Source: an uncultured Pseudomonadales bacterium
Lineage (GTDB): Bacteria; Patescibacteriota; Microgenomatia; UBA1400; PJMF01
Direction: 5' to 3'
DNA length: 35,776 nucleotides
Assembly (NCBI GenBank): GCA_964554155.1
Contig: CAZKNL010000003.1
Location: forward strand, 1-35,776
Position 1 is the first letter of the stretch. Each line of letters starts with the position of its first letter. The position numbers and the translations under genes are program-made. This document shows, piece after piece, positions 8,695 to 17,340 of the stretch. The notes under the pieces were generated by a model. That model did no database searches and was not told where the DNA came from. It was given only the letters and a program-made list of their open reading frames with translations.

Positions 8695-9519
8695 TTAACG
8701 CAACAGATTTAAGTACCATTGCCAAACCTGGGTACCAAAAACTAATGTCACGATTGTACTCATAACCAGGAAGGGACCGAAAGGGACAGTTTGGCCTTGG
8801 CCAAACTTCTTTTTTTTGCAGAACATCAAAACTAACCCAACAATCGCTCCAAACAAAAACGCCAACAGTGTTCCCAAAAAAACATTTGGCCAGCCCAGCA
8901 GCAAAGCAAAAGGAACCGTAAACTTGACGTCTCCAAAACCCATCCCTTTGCCCTTGGTCACCCAATACAAAAAATAAAAAAATGAACTTACGACCAGCGC
9001 TCCCAAAATAGTATAGACAAAGTCAATCGGCCGCATTACATTCGCCAAAGTCAGCCCAATTCGATAGAGCAATGTCAAAACAGTTAGTAACCCGACCGCT
9101 TCATCAGGAATAATCAAGTACCGCAGATCGGCGAAAAAAATAACTAACAAACACAACCCAACCACCAACCAAAACATTGGTTGAATGACACTAAATGGGT
9201 GTTGAGTGAGTCGAAAAAAAAGTGAGCCCATCCAAAACCACCAGACAAACAACGTTCCACTCATACACTCAATTACCGGATGAGAAAGGGAAAGAACTGC
9301 TTTGCAGTATCGACACTTTCCACGAATCAGGAAATAGGACACCAACGGAATATTGTCATACCACTTGAGTTGTTTTCGACAACTGTCACACTTTGAGCGA
9401 CCGCGCACCCACGATTGATTGCGCACTGTTCGATAAATGACCACGTTCAAGAAACTGCCAATTGCGGCTCCCAAGGCAAACAACGAAAAACTCAAGAATA
9501 AAAAAAGTGGTCCAATCAC
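8695..9519 (-). CDS. pilD: Prepilin peptidase (A24)
   Basis: IGSFLNVVIYR, CxxC...RGKCRYC, DLRYLIIPD, GMGFGDVK, PFGPFL. Confidence 0.95.
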   Translation of the reverse strand: MIGPLFLFLSFSLFALGAAIGSFLNVVIYRTVRNQSWVRGRSKCDSCRKQLKWYDNIPLVSYFLIRGKCRYCKAVLSLSHPVIECMSGTLFVWWFWMGSLFFRLTQHPFSVIQPMFWLVVGLCLLVIFFADLRYLIIPDEAVGLLTVLTLLYRIGLTLANVMRPIDFVYTILGALVVSSFFYFLYWVTKGKGMGFGDVKFTVPFALLLGWPNVFLGTLLAFLFGAIVGLVLMFCKKKKFGQGQTVPFGPFLVMSTIVTLVFGTQVWQWYLNLLR

Positions 9520-9528
9520 CTCCTTAGC

Positions 9529-10731
9529 TTAGAAGCTACTGGTGATGTTGTAAATTGGCATGATGATGGCCAGAACCAGAATTGCCACTCCAAAGCCAAG
9601 TACAATCATAATCATTGGCTCAAAGGCTGCAGTTAAGTTTCGGACTGCTTGTTCACTTTCACTTTCAAAGTAAATAGACAACTTCAGTAACACTTCGTCA
9701 ACCTTACCCGTTTCTTCACCAACCGCAATCATTTGCGGTACGATTGGCGGAAAGAAGTCATACTTACTAATTGTCTGAGAGAGAGGAACACCTTTCTCAA
9801 CTTGGTCTGTGCTGGTTGCCAAAGCATTCCGATAGAGCATATTGTCTTGAGCGTCAGTTAGAATTTCCAAAGCCTGCAATACCGAAATCCCCGCACTCAA
9901 TAATAAACTCATGGTGCGGCAGAACTCAGTTAAAATCACCTTTTGACGTAAAAGGCCAAGAATGGGAATTTTTAACAAAAACCGGTCAAAGGCAATCCGA
10001 CCTTTTTCAGTGCTGTGCCAAGCGCGAAAGACAAATATTCCACCAATCCCTATGGAGACAAGTAACCACCAAAAATGGACGAAAAAATCTGATAGATCAA
10101 TAAGTAACTGGGTTAAAAAGGGAAGTTGTGCACCCAAGTCTTTATACATTTGGGTTAACTTAGGAATGACAAAAATCATCATCACAAACGCTACGATCAC
10201 CATCGCTATCACCACGATGAACGGATAAATTAAGGCACCGCGAACTTTCCCATTAAACTCTCGTTGTTTCTCCATCGTATCAGCCAATCGCGTTAAGACT
10301 GTATCTAACATTCCAGCTGTTTCACCTGCGCGCACCAACTGGATGTAGACCTGGCTAAACATCTTTCCTTGACTTTGGAGTGCTTTAGCAAATGTTGATC
10401 CTCCCTCAATTTCCCGTAATACAGCACCAGTCATGCGTTCCATAGCTGGTTTATTTTGTTGCTGCAAAATATGGAGTGATTCACTTAATGTCAAACCAGC
10501 AGTGACCATTGTGGAGAGCTGCCGAGTGAAACTGACAATTTCATCATTTTTGACACCGAACAACAATGTTTCCAGCGATGCAAATGGACTTTCGTTTTGT
10601 GGTTTAATCGCAATGACCAGCAGTGACCGATTTCGTAAAATGGCTGAGGCTTGTTCTTTAGTTTGTGCTTCAACACGACCGCGGATTGTTTCACCGTGCT
10701 CATTTTTGACTGTGTATTGATAAATTGCCAT
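9529..10731 (-). CDS. pilC: Type IV pilus inner-membrane platform protein (GspF family)
   Basis: FTRQLSTMVTAGL, AGETAG, ALIYP, VGEETG, EP motifs of two GspF domains. Confidence 0.95.
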   Translation of the reverse strand: MAIYQYTVKNEHGETIRGRVEAQTKEQASAILRNRSLLVIAIKPQNESPFASLETLLFGVKNDEIVSFTRQLSTMVTAGLTLSESLHILQQQNKPAMERMTGAVLREIEGGSTFAKALQSQGKMFSQVYIQLVRAGETAGMLDTVLTRLADTMEKQREFNGKVRGALIYPFIVVIAMVIVAFVMMIFVIPKLTQMYKDLGAQLPFLTQLLIDLSDFFVHFWWLLVSIGIGGIFVFRAWHSTEKGRIAFDRFLLKIPILGLLRQKVILTEFCRTMSLLLSAGISVLQALEILTDAQDNMLYRNALATSTDQVEKGVPLSQTISKYDFFPPIVPQMIAVGEETGKVDEVLLKLSIYFESESEQAVRNLTAAFEPMIMIVLGFGVAILVLAIIMPIYNITSSF

Positions 10732-11801
10732 TAAACTTTACTCCTATTCCCACCAGAAAGTCGGTCAAACTCTTCTGGCCGCAGTGAGTATTCACGGGCA
10801 CGTTCCCAGGAAATTGCCCCCCGTTGTACCCATTCAGCCAGGTTAGTTTCCATCAGCATCATTCCCACTTCTGCTGAGGTTTGAATCACATTATCGATTT
10901 GGTAACTCTTGCCCTCCCGAATCAAGTTTCTGACTGCCGGGGTTGCAATCAAGATCTCGGTAGCGGCAATCCGACCACCCCCATTCATTGGTACCAAACG
11001 CTGAGACACCACTGCTTGTAAAGAAGACGCCAACTGTTGACGAATTTGCGCTTGTTGATGTTCAGGGAAAACGTCAATGATCCGGTCAATAGTCTGGGCA
11101 GCATTGTTGGTATGCAATGTCGCAAACACTAAGTGACCAGTTTCAGCCACCGTCATAGCAGCTGCAATCGTTTCATAGTCACGCATTTCACCAACTAATA
11201 CCACGTCAGGATCTTCACGCAGGGCAGAGCGGAGGGCGATTTCCCAACCGTGCGTATCCTGATGGAGCTCGCGCTGAGAAATAATACTTTTGGCAGGCGC
11301 ATGAACAAACTCAATTGGATCCTCAATTGTCAAAATATGTTCTGAACGGGTCAAGTTAATTTCTTCCACCATCGCTGCCAAAGTCGTCGATTTCCCCTCA
11401 CCAGTTGGACCAGTCAATAACACCAGTCCTTGTTTGAACTGGGTAAAGTTATGCAAAACAGGCGGCAGTTGTAGCTCATCAAGGGTCCGAATCTTGCTGG
11501 GAATCAAACGGAGTGCAGCTGAAATCGCATTTTGTTGGAAATAGACATTGATCCGGAAACGGGCCAAATCTTTAAATTGATATCCAAAGTCAATCTCTTT
11601 GTTGACCGTCACATAGTCTTTTTGCTCTTGAGACATGATCGGGAAAACTAACAGCTCAGCATGTTCTTTTTTAAGGATCGGTGCACCTTCAATAGGAGTG
11701 AGCACACCATCAATTCTTAACATCGGTGGGGCACCGGTAACGATATGGAGGTCAGAGCCACTTCGATCAATCAGCATTTGCAACATGTCATGTATGTTCA
11801 T
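10731..11801 (-). CDS. pilT: Pilus retraction ATPase
   Basis: SDLHI, Walker A GPTGEGKST, TIEDPIE, LREDPDVVLVGEMRD, TLHT, AVRNLIRE; GAGG SD before 11801. Confidence 0.95.
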   Translation of the reverse strand: MNIHDMLQMLIDRSGSDLHIVTGAPPMLRIDGVLTPIEGAPILKKEHAELLVFPIMSQEQKDYVTVNKEIDFGYQFKDLARFRINVYFQQNAISAALRLIPSKIRTLDELQLPPVLHNFTQFKQGLVLLTGPTGEGKSTTLAAMVEEINLTRSEHILTIEDPIEFVHAPAKSIISQRELHQDTHGWEIALRSALREDPDVVLVGEMRDYETIAAAMTVAETGHLVFATLHTNNAAQTIDRIIDVFPEHQQAQIRQQLASSLQAVVSQRLVPMNGGGRIAATEILIATPAVRNLIREGKSYQIDNVIQTSAEVGMMLMETNLAEWVQRGAISWERAREYSLRPEEFDRLSGGNRSKV

Positions 11802-11817
11802 AATTTCCTCGCTCCGA

Positions 11818-13893
11818 CTACACCTCCGCAACTCTCAGCACTTCCTCAATAGTTGTAATCCCATCTAATACCTTAATGTATCCGTCTTGTTTCATTAACA
11901 ACATCCCATTCTGTTGAATAGAGACATCTTCAATCTCTTTCGAAGATTTTCGTTCAATAATCATTCTACTAATTTGTTCAGTGACTGGTAAGACCTCGAA
12001 AATGGCAATCCGACCTAAATACTCTGGTTCGTTCTCTGGCCGATTGGTGGTTGCTCGATAGAGCACCATTTTTTCTGGGTCTTTGTTATTTTGGGTACAC
12101 CATTGTTTATAAATTGGTCCCAAAACTTCTTGAATATCTTTAGCAACACTCGGTTCCGGGATGTATTCTTCTTTGTAACTTTGGTTAATCTTCCGCAAAA
12201 CCCGCTGGCCCATCACCATGGTTAAACTGGAAGCAAGTAAGAAAGGTTCAACTTCCATGTCAATCAACCGCGGTAATGCTCCCGCAGCTGAGTTAGTGTG
12301 GAGAGTAGAGAAGACTAAGTGCCCTGTCAGCGACGCTTGCACGGCCAAGGCTGCTGTTTCAGTATCACGAATTTCTCCAACCATGATGATGTTCGGGTCT
12401 TGTCGCAAGAATGAACGTAATCCTGATGCAAACGTTAACCCAACTTGTGGATTGACTTGAACTTGGTTGATACCAGGCATCTGATACTCAACGGGATCTT
12501 CGAGGGTGACGATGTTGACTTTGGGTGTGTTGACTTTATGTAAAATAGAGTACAAGGTAGTCGTTTTCCCTGAACCGGTGGGACCTGTAACCAGGATAAT
12601 TCCGTGGGGAATTTTAATTGCCTCTTCAACAGTTTTGAGTGCACGATCAGAAAGTCCTAGCTCGCCAAGGGTTGGGACTGTTGCGTTTTTCTTCAACAGC
12701 CGCATCACAATTTTTTCACCAAAGACCGTTGGTAAACTCGAGACACGAAGGTCAACTTCTTGACCTTCGGCTATAAACGTGAACCGACCATCTTGCGGCA
12801 CACGTTTTTCGTCAATCTTCATCTCAGACAAAATCTTGACACGGGAAACCACAGCTTCATGGACAGTTCGCGGCAAAATTAATTTTTCTGTCAAGATACC
12901 ATCGATCCGATACCGAACTCTCGTTCGATCTTCTTGCGGCTCAATGTGTACATCTGATGCACGCGACTTGACTGCAAATCCCAGAATCGTCTCAACGATC
13001 TTGGTGATTGGTGCTTCACGCACCACTTCTCGAGAAAAAACTGCAGTTTGGGTTTCTCTAGGTTGACCAATTGCTTGACCTGTTTCTTTGAGGGCGGCGT
13101 TCACTTCACTTGATAAACTCTGGGCATACCGCTCAGCAATCACCCGTTCAATTTCAGTTGGTGAGGCAAAGTGAGGAACGAGTTTGTAGCCAGTTTTCTT
13201 TTCAACAAAATCAATCGCTGACAAGTCCAGCGGATTTTTCATTGCCACTAAGAGAGAACGGTTGGTTTTATCGATTGCAAAAGGCAGAATCTGATAGCGA
13301 CGCGCTACACTTTCAGGAATTTGACTAATTGCTTCTGGTGAAGCTCCAGTATCAGCCAACGCAATGAAGGGAATGTTGTAAAAACCCGCCTTGGCTCTAG
13401 TCATATCTGATTCTTTGACCAGATGCTTTTCTTCAACCAATGTTTCCAAACTCTTGCCTGAGCTGGCTTGTTCAATCAACAAATCTTGATACTGTTCATC
13501 AGATAACTTGCCTTGTTGAATGAGTGTCGAAATAAACGAAGCACTGGGGAAAGAACCTGATTCCAAGTTCTCTGAAGTGGCCAAAGGCAGGGGTGCAGTC
13601 AAAGTCGCAGGAATCGGCGCCGACATGCTCGAGACTCCCTTTCCAGCAGCTGTTACAGCTGATACATTCTCCGCAATAGTTTGGAGCTCTGTCGGTGAGG
13701 GGGAAGGTAGAGGCGCTTGCGGCACTTGAGTGGCTGCACTCAGCGATACTGTTGGATTAGCAGCGATACTGACTGTCGCATTTTCCATTGCTCCAGTCAT
13801 CCCTGACGTCGCAATTTGAGGCGGCTGAGACTGTGGGACGGTGAGCGTTTTCCCTGATGGGGAATCCGATATATTCAATGGTTGATCAGACAT
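11818..13893 (-). CDS. pilB: Pilus assembly ATPase (PilB/GspE) with disordered N-terminal extension
   Basis: ASDVHIEP, PQDGR, GPTGSGKTT, LRQDPNIIMVGEIRD, TGHLVFSTLH; start chosen at the MSDQ ATG. Confidence 0.93.
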   Translation of the reverse strand: MSDQPLNISDSPSGKTLTVPQSQPPQIATSGMTGAMENATVSIAANPTVSLSAATQVPQAPLPSPSPTELQTIAENVSAVTAAGKGVSSMSAPIPATLTAPLPLATSENLESGSFPSASFISTLIQQGKLSDEQYQDLLIEQASSGKSLETLVEEKHLVKESDMTRAKAGFYNIPFIALADTGASPEAISQIPESVARRYQILPFAIDKTNRSLLVAMKNPLDLSAIDFVEKKTGYKLVPHFASPTEIERVIAERYAQSLSSEVNAALKETGQAIGQPRETQTAVFSREVVREAPITKIVETILGFAVKSRASDVHIEPQEDRTRVRYRIDGILTEKLILPRTVHEAVVSRVKILSEMKIDEKRVPQDGRFTFIAEGQEVDLRVSSLPTVFGEKIVMRLLKKNATVPTLGELGLSDRALKTVEEAIKIPHGIILVTGPTGSGKTTTLYSILHKVNTPKVNIVTLEDPVEYQMPGINQVQVNPQVGLTFASGLRSFLRQDPNIIMVGEIRDTETAALAVQASLTGHLVFSTLHTNSAAGALPRLIDMEVEPFLLASSLTMVMGQRVLRKINQSYKEEYIPEPSVAKDIQEVLGPIYKQWCTQNNKDPEKMVLYRATTNRPENEPEYLGRIAIFEVLPVTEQISRMIIERKSSKEIEDVSIQQNGMLLMKQDGYIKVLDGITTIEEVLRVAEV

Positions 13894-13961
13894 AGGGCAA
13901 GCACCTTTTATGGTGACATAGCCAACGCCGAGATGCAAGGGAAGACGTATAATCAAACAAG

Positions 13962-14708
13962 ATGTCCAGACTCACCCAACTCTATGTCTTTTCCCAACCA
14001 CTTTCGTTCAGTCAACAGCTGCAAAAAATCGCGCAGCTTTTTGACCAAGAATTTGTCTCTATTTTTGAGTCTGTTGACCTGACAATCGTCAACGGAGATC
14101 GAGAAAGTGAGTCTATTTCTCCTTTGCAAATTGAACAAGTTCGTGACCTACATCTTGAAGTGTTGCAAGCACCACTCCAACACTCACTCAGAATTTTTGT
14201 ACTGATGGATATTCAAACGGCTTCCCATCCCGCACTGAACGCAGTCCTCAAACTGCTCGAGGAACCACCCACTCATGTTCAGTTTGTGTTGACCACCAGT
14301 CAGTTGGACATGGTGCTACCCACTGTTCAATCTCGTTGCCAAATTATCCACGATTTTTCTGAAGATATTAGGCAAAAAGCTTTTTCTTTGCCAGCAAGTT
14401 TGGCGGACATTGTAGAGAACTTCCCCAATCGGCACCTAGAACCGGCAAAAGTGTTCCAAATTTCTGAAGAATATAGAGAAAAACCAAAAGCGATCGAACT
14501 CATCACTCATCTCATTCAGCAGATTCAACTGCACCAAACCACTCACCCTACACCGTTCTGGACTGCTTTCCTGCAATCAGCACTGCACTCACTTCAGCTG
14601 CTTGAGCAAAATGTACACACCCGCTTAGTTGTGGAAGAATTGTTGTTTGCCCTTAAAGACGCCGACACGCTAAAACTAGACAAACTAGATAAAACAAGTT
14701 ATAAGTGA
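13962..14708 (+). CDS. holB: DNA polymerase III delta' subunit (reduced form)
   Basis: IEQVRDL, ALNAVLKLLEEPP, LPTVQSRC; no P-loop or Zn module. Confidence 0.8.
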   Translation: MSRLTQLYVFSQPLSFSQQLQKIAQLFDQEFVSIFESVDLTIVNGDRESESISPLQIEQVRDLHLEVLQAPLQHSLRIFVLMDIQTASHPALNAVLKLLEEPPTHVQFVLTTSQLDMVLPTVQSRCQIIHDFSEDIRQKAFSLPASLADIVENFPNRHLEPAKVFQISEEYREKPKAIELITHLIQQIQLHQTTHPTPFWTAFLQSALHSLQLLEQNVHTRLVVEELLFALKDADTLKLDKLDKTSYK

Positions 14709-14735
14709 GTGCTCTCAACGGTAGTAAGGCTCATC

Positions 14736-14744
14736 TGATATACT
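14736..14744 (+). promoter_or_regulatory. Extended -10 element upstream of gyrB
   Basis: TGaTATACT about 80 nt upstream of the gyrB ATG. Confidence 0.5.
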
Positions 14745-14822
14745 CTTCGGACGATTTTGCTACCTTAAAAGGGCTTGGCATGTTGGTGACTAGTCACTCA
14801 CAACTAAGAACTAGAAACTATT

Positions 14823-16817
14823 ATGGTTGTTACATCGCAATACAAAGCTTCTGAAATTAAGGTTTTAGAAGGACTTGAGCCAGTTCGTAAACGTCCTGGA
14901 ATGTACATCGGGTCTACGGATGCTCGAGGTCTTCATCATTTAGCCAAAGAAATTCTCGACAATGCTGTTGACGAAGCTTTAGCTGGGTACGGCAAAATTA
15001 TCCAGTTGTTTCACACCCAAGCTGAAGAGCAAGAATCAGGAGTTGGAGCGATTACTGTCGTGGATAACGGTCGTGGCATCCCTGTCGATATTCATGAGAA
15101 GTCTGGTGTCTCTGCCCTTGAAGTGGTGATGACCAAGCTTCACGCCGGCGGCAAGTTTGAAGAAACTGCCTACCAAGCTTCAGGTGGTTTGCATGGTGTA
15201 GGTGCAGCTGCCGTCAATGCCCTGTCGATTGCAATGACTGTGATTGTGAAGCGGGAAAAAAAGTACTACATCCAAGAGTACTCAATTGGCATACCAAAGT
15301 ATGCTGTAAAGGAAATTAAAGAATCAGATGTTATCAAAACATTTCCTTTAGAGTCAAAATCATTCGTAATATACCAAACAGGGACACTCGTCCACTTTAT
15401 CCCAGATAAGAGTTTGTTTTCGACAACTGTCTTCAACCACACTACGTTGATTGAGATCATGCGTGATCGTGCTTACTTGATGGCAGGATTGTACTTCCAA
15501 TTGACTGACACAATTGCTGATGTTGAACAACACTACTACTTTGAAGGTGGCATTCGTTCATTGGTCGAGCACTTGAACATGAGCAAGAAACCACTTCATG
15601 AAGTGATCTACACTCAAGGAACCTGGACAGATGACGTCACTGGCAAAAAGATCGGCGTTGAAGTGGCGATGCAGTACAACGATAGCTACACAGAGAAGCT
15701 CGAGAGCTACGCCAATGTCATCAAAACTCCAGATGGTGGAACTCACTTAACTGGTTTCCGGATGGCTTTAAATAAAGTGCTGAAAGACTACACGTTGAAG
15801 AACGGTTTAGCCAAGGAAAAAGATTTGTTTGGGACTGAGGATCTCCGTGAAGGATTAACGGCAGTGGTCTTTATTAAGATGCCAGCAAATGACATTCAGT
15901 TTGAGTCGCAAACCAAGAGCAAACTGAACAACTCAGAGGCCCAGTCAGCCGTTTATTCTGTCTTTAAAGACGGCTTAGAAGTTTTTCTCGAGGAAAATCC
16001 ACGGGCGGCACGCATTTTAATCGAAAAAGTAATGTTAGCTGCCAAAGCTCGGATGGCTGCTCGCGCAGCCAAAGATGCAGTCATTCGCAAAGGCGCCTTA
16101 GAAGGCTCAACCCTACCTGGCAAACTGGCTGATTGCCAGAGTAAAGAAGCTGCCGAATCAGAAATCTACATTGTTGAAGGTGACTCAGCCGGTGGAACGG
16201 TCAAACAGGGACGTGATCGTCGCTTCCAAGCGGTTTACCCACTGCGGGGCAAGATCCTCAACACCGAGCGAGCGCGCCTAGACAAAATCGTTGCCTTTGA
16301 AGAACTCAAGAATTTAGTCATTGCACTTGGTGCTGGGATTGGTGAAACCTTCAAACCAGAGAAACTGCGTTACCATCGTATTATTTTGATGAACGATGCT
16401 GATGTAGATGGTGAGCATATTACAACACTTGGCTTAACCTTCTTTTATCGTCATTTACCAGAGGTAATTAAACAAGGTTTCTTGTATATCGCTATGCCAC
16501 CACTGTTTAAAGTTTCCTTTAATAAAGACAATCACTACGTCTACACTGAAGAAGAGCGGAATGCGCGCGTCCAAGAGATTCAGCAAAAGTTCCCAACTGC
16601 TCAACCAATCATTCAGCGCTTCAAGGGTCTAGGAGAGATGAACCCTGAACAGCTCTGGGACACGACCATGAACCCAGTGACCCGTATCTTGAAAAAAGTA
16701 ACTATCGATGATGCTACCAAGGCGGACCGGACATTTGAAACCTTGATGGGAGATGATGTCCCACCACGTAAAAAATTTATTCAAACCCATGCAAAGTTAG
16801 CAAACTTGGATATTTAG
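14823..16817 (+). CDS. gyrB: DNA gyrase subunit B
   Basis: LEPVRKRPGMYIG, DNGRGIP, GGLHGVG, EGDSAGG, PLRGKILN, DADVDG, RFKGLGEMN. Confidence 0.97.
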   Translation: MVVTSQYKASEIKVLEGLEPVRKRPGMYIGSTDARGLHHLAKEILDNAVDEALAGYGKIIQLFHTQAEEQESGVGAITVVDNGRGIPVDIHEKSGVSALEVVMTKLHAGGKFEETAYQASGGLHGVGAAAVNALSIAMTVIVKREKKYYIQEYSIGIPKYAVKEIKESDVIKTFPLESKSFVIYQTGTLVHFIPDKSLFSTTVFNHTTLIEIMRDRAYLMAGLYFQLTDTIADVEQHYYFEGGIRSLVEHLNMSKKPLHEVIYTQGTWTDDVTGKKIGVEVAMQYNDSYTEKLESYANVIKTPDGGTHLTGFRMALNKVLKDYTLKNGLAKEKDLFGTEDLREGLTAVVFIKMPANDIQFESQTKSKLNNSEAQSAVYSVFKDGLEVFLEENPRAARILIEKVMLAAKARMAARAAKDAVIRKGALEGSTLPGKLADCQSKEAAESEIYIVEGDSAGGTVKQGRDRRFQAVYPLRGKILNTERARLDKIVAFEELKNLVIALGAGIGETFKPEKLRYHRIILMNDADVDGEHITTLGLTFFYRHLPEVIKQGFLYIAMPPLFKVSFNKDNHYVYTEEERNARVQEIQQKFPTAQPIIQRFKGLGEMNPEQLWDTTMNPVTRILKKVTIDDATKADRTFETLMGDDVPPRKKFIQTHAKLANLDI

Positions 16818-16830
16818 AGAAAGGAATGTC

Positions 16831-17328
16831 ATGGCAGACACACCCACACTTCACATTCTGGTTGAAATCCCAGCCAACTCTTCTATTAAGTATGAACAAG
16901 ATGAAGAAACTGGCCGCATTTATGTTGACCGGTTTGTGCCCACCCCAATGGCATACCCTGAAAATTATGGCTCTGTTGAGGGTGCTCAAGGCAAAGATGG
17001 TGATTTACTCGATGCCTTACTGTTAACCGCTCAACCTGTTGCTCCAGGGGTGTGGATGAAAGCGAGAGTAATTGGCATGCTGGAAATGGAAGATGAAGAG
17101 GGGATTGATCACAAACTGATTTGCGTTCCAGCTAAGGCCAAACAAGACTATATCTGTGGTGCTTGGGAGGATTTAGCAGATGTTCCTCAATATCGTTTAG
17201 ATCGGATCAAACACTTTTTTGAACACTACAAAGACCTCGAGAAAGATAAATGGGTCAAGATTAATAAGTTTGTGGGCAAAGCTGAAGCACTTAAAGAGCT
17301 TAATGAAGCAATGAACAAAACTAAATAA
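16831..17328 (+). CDS. ppa: Family I inorganic pyrophosphatase
   Basis: VEIP...KYE...DR...YPENYG...DGDLLD...DEEGIDHK...HFFEHYKDLE. Confidence 0.95.
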   Translation: MADTPTLHILVEIPANSSIKYEQDEETGRIYVDRFVPTPMAYPENYGSVEGAQGKDGDLLDALLLTAQPVAPGVWMKARVIGMLEMEDEEGIDHKLICVPAKAKQDYICGAWEDLADVPQYRLDRIKHFFEHYKDLEKDKWVKINKFVGKAEALKELNEAMNKTK

Positions 17329-17340
17329 ACATAGGAAACA

